Part shown: positions 59,899 to 64,000 of the stretch, piece by piece
Layout of the letters: each line of letters begins with the position of its first letter
Numbering within the stretch: position 1 is the stretch's first letter
From: Synergistales bacterium
GTDB lineage: Bacteria; Synergistota; Synergistia; Synergistales; JAFGMB01
Assembly: GCA_963666205.1 (NCBI GenBank)
Contig: OY762654.1
Coordinates: forward strand, 416,001 to 480,000
DNA: 64,000 nucleotides
Direction of reading: 5' to 3'
The notes under the pieces: generated by a model
What the model was told of the DNA's origin: nothing
The model's database searches: none
The model's input: only the letters and a program-made list of their open reading frames with translations
Program-made: the position numbers and the translations under genes

Positions 59899-61169
59899 CA
59901 ACCTTTGACTTTGACATAGCTGTTATAGGAGGAGGACCTGCTGGTCTTATGGCGGCCGGGCAAGCATCTGAAAATGGAGCAAAGGTAGTATTAATTGAAA
60001 AGAATGCTGAACTGGGGAAGAAACTTCTTCTCACAGGAAATGGCAGGTGCAATGTCACCAACGCTCTTTTTAACACCAACGAACTGGTTAGACATTTTGG
60101 AAAAGGTGGATCTTTTCTGTATTCCTCACTCAGCAGATTTGGACCTCAGGATATTATGAATTTTTTTGAGGAGAAAGATGTAAAACTTAAAGTAGAGAGG
60201 GGCAACAGGGTATTTCCCGTGTCTGACCGATCTACTGATATTCTTTCCTGCCTTTACGGATATTTGAAGGAGAAAAAAGTAAACATCTACAGGGATGCTC
60301 AAGTCATAAATATGATAGTCAGAGAAAACCATATAGAAAGATTGATTTTACGAAATAAAGAATTAACTGCTCGAAAATACATATTATGTACTGGAGGAAA
60401 ATCTTATCCTCAGACCGGATCCACTGGCGATGGGTACCGCTGGGCTACCATGATGGGACACTCCGTAACCCCGCTCCTGCCATCGCTAGTACCCATCAAG
60501 GTTAATAATGATTGGGTCAAATCGGTGATGGGTCTTTCTCTGAAAAATGTATCGATCTCTTCTTTTCTGGAAGGTCAGAAAAAAGAATCCCGTTTTGGCG
60601 AAATGCTCTTTACTCACTTCGGAATTAGTGGCCCCATCGTAATGGATATTAGTCAACACCTTCTTGAACTTCAAAGGAGCGGGAAAGTACAAGTATTGAT
60701 TGACCTGAAACCCGCACTCGACGAGAACAAACTTGATGCCAGAATTCGTCGAGATTTCAGAAAGTTCAGTGGAAGAAAACTGAAAAATGCTCTCCATGAA
60801 CTTCTCCCTCAGAAACTCATACCTGTAATAATAGACTTGTCATCTTTAGACCCGGATAAACAGGTAGACCATATAGAGCATGAAGAAAGACACCGGCTTG
60901 TTTCCATGTTGAAGGGACTTCCTCTGGATATAAGTGGATCCCTTGGTTTTAAATGGTCCATAGTAACAAGCGGAGGTATAGAACTCAAGGAAATAGAGCC
61001 AGGGACGCTCAAGTCGAAGATAATTGACAATTTGTATTTAGCTGGTGAGATCCTGGATATTGATGGCCCGACAGGAGGATTTAATCTCCAGGTCTGCTGG
61101 ACAACAGGTTATATTGCTGGCATTTCGGCAGCACTTTCTCTCTATCAGGAAGATATAGAGAAATCCTGA
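59895..61169 (+). CDS. BaiN/YhiN/HI0933-family flavoprotein
   Basis: IGGGPAGLMAA, GKKLL.TGNGRCNVTN, GGKSYP.TGSTGDGY, GEMLFTHFGISGP, VTSGG, GE.LD.DG.TGGFNLQ. Confidence 0.93.
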   Translation: MTTFDFDIAVIGGGPAGLMAAGQASENGAKVVLIEKNAELGKKLLLTGNGRCNVTNALFNTNELVRHFGKGGSFLYSSLSRFGPQDIMNFFEEKDVKLKVERGNRVFPVSDRSTDILSCLYGYLKEKKVNIYRDAQVINMIVRENHIERLILRNKELTARKYILCTGGKSYPQTGSTGDGYRWATMMGHSVTPLLPSLVPIKVNNDWVKSVMGLSLKNVSISSFLEGQKKESRFGEMLFTHFGISGPIVMDISQHLLELQRSGKVQVLIDLKPALDENKLDARIRRDFRKFSGRKLKNALHELLPQKLIPVIIDLSSLDPDKQVDHIEHEERHRLVSMLKGLPLDISGSLGFKWSIVTSGGIELKEIEPGTLKSKIIDNLYLAGEILDIDGPTGGFNLQVCWTTGYIAGISAALSLYQEDIEKS

Positions 61170-61180
61170 GTCTTCCTTGT

Positions 61181-61209
61181 TTGACAGCTGGCCTGGCGGA
61201 TGCTATGCT
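61181..61209 (+). promoter_or_regulatory. sigma70 promoter upstream of dodecin
   Basis: TTGACA-N17-TATGCT. Confidence 0.6.
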
Positions 61210-61370
61210 TCATCTGAATGACATGGCGACGCGCGACCGTTATATTGGCTTATTAGGCGATTTTCAGAAATTCTTCGATTCGAGCTTTTCATAACACTGT
61301 TGAACCTTCTTTAAGATAACTTAAACAGTTTCCGGTTTTCATAAGGAGACACCTGAAGGAGGTAGATACC

Positions 61371-61580
61371 GTGAGTGTCTATAAGGTTATAGAACTCGTT
61401 GGAAGCAGTGAAAAGTCCTGGGAAGATGCTGCATGTACAGCAGTTAGTACTGCTTCAAAACATCTGAGGGATCTTAGAATTGCAGAAGTTGAGAAGATGG
61501 ATATGCACATTGGTGATGATGGGAAATGCAACTTCAGGATAAGGCTCAAAGTGTCTTTTAAATATCACACAGAAGAGTAG
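61371..61580 (+). CDS. Dodecin family flavin-binding protein
   Basis: SVYKVIELVGSS..SWEDAA..AV..ASK.LR.LR.AEV...D......FR...KVSFK; AGGAGG RBS. Confidence 0.9.
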   Translation: MSVYKVIELVGSSEKSWEDAACTAVSTASKHLRDLRIAEVEKMDMHIGDDGKCNFRIRLKVSFKYHTEE

Positions 61581-61659
61581 AAAGATTTTCTTTATCAGGA
61601 AACCATAGCATGGAAATTTATCCAAGGAGCAATATCTGAAAAATACAATCTTTTCTATC

Positions 61660-61700
61660 AGGGTATCCGTGGAGGCTTTTCCCTTCCGGATACCTTTTTT
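61660..61700 (+). terminator. Terminator after dodecin
   Basis: GGTATCCG...CGGATACC followed by TTTTTT. Confidence 0.7.
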
Positions 61701-61887
61701 AACATCCCTTTGTATCTACGGGAATTACTAGGACTCGTCCTCTTTTTGAAGATCAGGATATTTCATAAAAGTTTTCTCCTGTGCCACTCATGGCGAATCA
61801 GCTTTATACATTCACCATTATCCACGAATAACAAAAAAGGCCCCAAAAGATAAGGGCCTGAAAGCCAAGAAACTTACGGAAGAACGA

Positions 61888-62175
61888 TCAGTCCTTGATC
61901 CTCTCGAGAACGAGTTTATAACCATCAGCACCATAGTCGAGGCATTTTTTTACCCTGCTTATGGTTGCAGTACTTGCACCAGTTTCCTGTGCGATTTTTG
62001 GATAAGTCTCACCAAGATCCAGTTTTCTGGCGACCTCAAGCCTCTGGGCAAGAGCACGGATCTCACCTATTGTTGCTACATCTTCTAGAAAAGAATAAAC
62101 CTCTTCGACTGTTTCAAGACTCAAAAAACCTTCTGCAAGTTGTTTGGTCAATTCATCCTGCCACTTCTGGGCCAT
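61888..62175 (-). CDS. TrpR-like YerC/YecD protein
   Basis: FLEDV.TI.EI.ALAQRLEVA..L..G.TY..I...TGASTATISRVK.CL.YG.DGY; AGGAGG RBS before ATG 62175. Confidence 0.93.
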   Translation of the reverse strand: MAQKWQDELTKQLAEGFLSLETVEEVYSFLEDVATIGEIRALAQRLEVARKLDLGETYPKIAQETGASTATISRVKKCLDYGADGYKLVLERIKD

Positions 62176-62367
62176 TAAACTCTCCTCCTTAAATATTATG
62201 TCGACACACTGATGAATGATAGCACTGTAAAGTATGACATTCAAGAGGAAAGTTATTTTCTTCTTCATCCCTCAGAAAACGAAGGGCGTGAGTCCTCCAT
62301 TTTTTGTAGGAATTCTTTTGATTAGGATAATTCAGATTATTAGTATAAATTGTCCTATCTTTAAGCT

Positions 62368-63521
62368 TTATTCAGACTTCCATCTTCTGAACCAACTTTG
62401 CAGAGAAGCCTCAATTCCTGGAATTCTCCTTTCTTTCCAACTTTCACAGAGAGAATAGCCCTGATATGAAGTCCATTCCAGCCTCCTGAGATCATGACCC
62501 TCGGCAGACAACACAGTAGAATACCATATATCGTTAACAGGAAATACCAATCCTGGCTCATTCACTATTCCTCTGGATTTTTCCGGTATCCCCATTTCAT
62601 GGAATATTTCCTACTAAGATATGACTTTCATATCGGGATAATACTGCTTAAAAATGGAATAGAAGGACATATGGGTTACGATTATTTCATAGGCTTCAAA
62701 CGCTATTTTTATTCTATAAACGCAATGGAACTTTTCATGGGAATCATCAATAAGGCAAGGGTGTTGGTTTGATTACTGGAACATTTCAGTACAACACCTC
62801 TTCCAGGTAATTTATCCTTAATATATCCAAGAACTATATCAACTCCCTGTGGATTATGGGATGGCAGACTTCATCCAGGAAAAAACTCTTTTGATAAATC
62901 CTGACATTTTATCTGGAATAGTTCTTTTAAAGATCTTTGAATAACCGGGTTTCTGGAGTATGGGTATTGCTTTATATTTTTTAAGTAACCCTATAAAAGT
63001 GGTTCGCAAATATCCACAAAGGTTTGCGAAAACCTGAAATCCCTGGGTAAAGAAAAACTCTGTTTATACATATTTAAAACAGGCTATAGGTCTGTTGTTC
63101 CATAACGTATCCATGTGATATTTCGTTGTTCCCAAGAAAAGAAAGATCAGGCTTCAACCCATCCTCCTGAAAGATCGCACATAAGATCACCCATCAAAAA
63201 GGTAAAAATATCATCTTCTCCTTTACTAAGATGTAGAAACTCTCCTGCTACGCACTCAGCTACCGGGTTCTTCATATTCGAATTTCCCCTTCCTGTCTTG
63301 AAAGATATGTAATGCACTCGAATTGTAGTTTGCTTTTCCTTTTTTCTGCTCTCAGAAAATAAAAAATTGATCGATGGATTGTTTTATACCAGAAAACCAT
63401 TATTTAAGCAACCTTTTTCGATTATAGCCTGCCTGGATAATATATTTTACATGCCAATATCTTGTATTACGCCATACTATGCAGGTTTGACCTCCTGATC
63501 TTTAAGCAATTCAGAGGACAT
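62368..63521 (-). pseudogene. Probable decayed gene of unknown family
   Basis: GGGGAGG RBS + ATG right after the upstream gene, then protein-like reading frames broken by several stops and at least one frameshift, ending ...SWFRRWKSE*. Confidence 0.35.
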
Positions 63522-63545
63522 TTTCCGACCCTCCCCACATATTCC

Positions 63546-64000
63546 TCAAACATAATCTCCGGCAAGATGCATTTCAATCTGCCGTATCACAATATTTTTC
63601 TTAAGTATCCAGTCTGGAGCTACTAACCAGGGATACCTGGCATCTGCAGTAAGTCTCTGAATAATTATTGAGGATGGAATTACCCCGATTGCACACGCAA
63701 CCCGTCTTGCATATTCGTCCAATTGCAGAGGGATATAACTTCCATCCAGAAAATATTGCTCCAGTCTGGTTCCCCTTAGAACATGAAGGGGATGAAATTT
63801 CAGAGCCGTGATCCCCCTTTCTACGAGCCACTTGGCTGAAAGGGAAAGTTGTTCTGGAGTTTCGTTCTTTATTCCTGAGATCAGATGTGCACACGTCGAT
63901 ATGGGTAGCGAAGAAATCCTCTCAAGGGTATCCTCGACAGAAGAGAGAGTGTGTCCCCTGTTAAGCCAGTTCAACCCTTCTTCATTTATAGTCTGAACTC
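63546..64000 (-). CDS. Radical SAM protein, TIGR01212/YhcC-like, C-terminal part (runs off window end)
   Basis: LNRGH, CAHLI.G...E, LKFHPLHVL.GT.L, IIQRLTAD, LVAP.W. Confidence 0.85.
   Translation of the reverse strand, partial: VQTINEEGLNWLNRGHTLSSVEDTLERISSLPISTCAHLISGIKNETPEQLSLSAKWLVERGITALKFHPLHVLRGTRLEQYFLDGSYIPLQLDEYARRVACAIGVIPSSIIIQRLTADARYPWLVAPDWILKKNIVIRQIEMHLAGDYV

Noticed and set aside
62368-63521. Selenocysteine or pyrrolysine read-through gene
   Set aside because: Interruptions include TAA and a frameshift, not a single recoded stop type.

Overview
A 64-kb stretch of bacterial core chromosome, mostly on the minus strand. It combines outer-membrane genes (lptA-like, lptB) with Firmicute-style regulation (perfect CIRCE at groESL, CtsR, a Thr T-box, two spoVS), which points to Synergistota; this taxonomy is an inference. 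Contents in order: eno (partial), S4-domain protein, dnaG, Na+-type hppA, mobB, AI-2E transporter, guaA, groEL/ES, tsaD, murJ, lptB/A, a T-box-controlled thrC-thrB-lysC-like operon, class II aldolase, 4 tRNAs, a complete pstSCAB-phoU-phoB-phoR cluster, a tandem-HD protein, speD, an SLH/phosphodiester glycosidase, ctsR...clpC, plsY, the ylxM-ffh-rpsP-khpA-rimM-trmD-rplS operon, hisS-aspS, a frameshifted tex, baiN-like gene, dodecin and a yerC-like gene. I found no integrase, transposase, phage gene or CRISPR array. Most notable observations: (1) a tRNA-Leu with the rare bacterial anticodon AAG, next to a TrmD fused to a second SPOUT methyltransferase; (2) an aspartokinase with a degenerate kinase domain but an intact, separately translatable beta/ACT subunit; (3) a degenerate ADP-forming acyl-CoA synthetase coupled to plsY, a speculative acyl-phosphate source; (4) an XRE + ImmA/IrrE protease switch with its own palindromic operator, coupled to a radical-SAM gene and outside any mobile element; (5) ctsR-clpC without mcsA/mcsB, and a catalytically altered asparaginase. 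All calls come from reading motifs by eye; no database searches were run.
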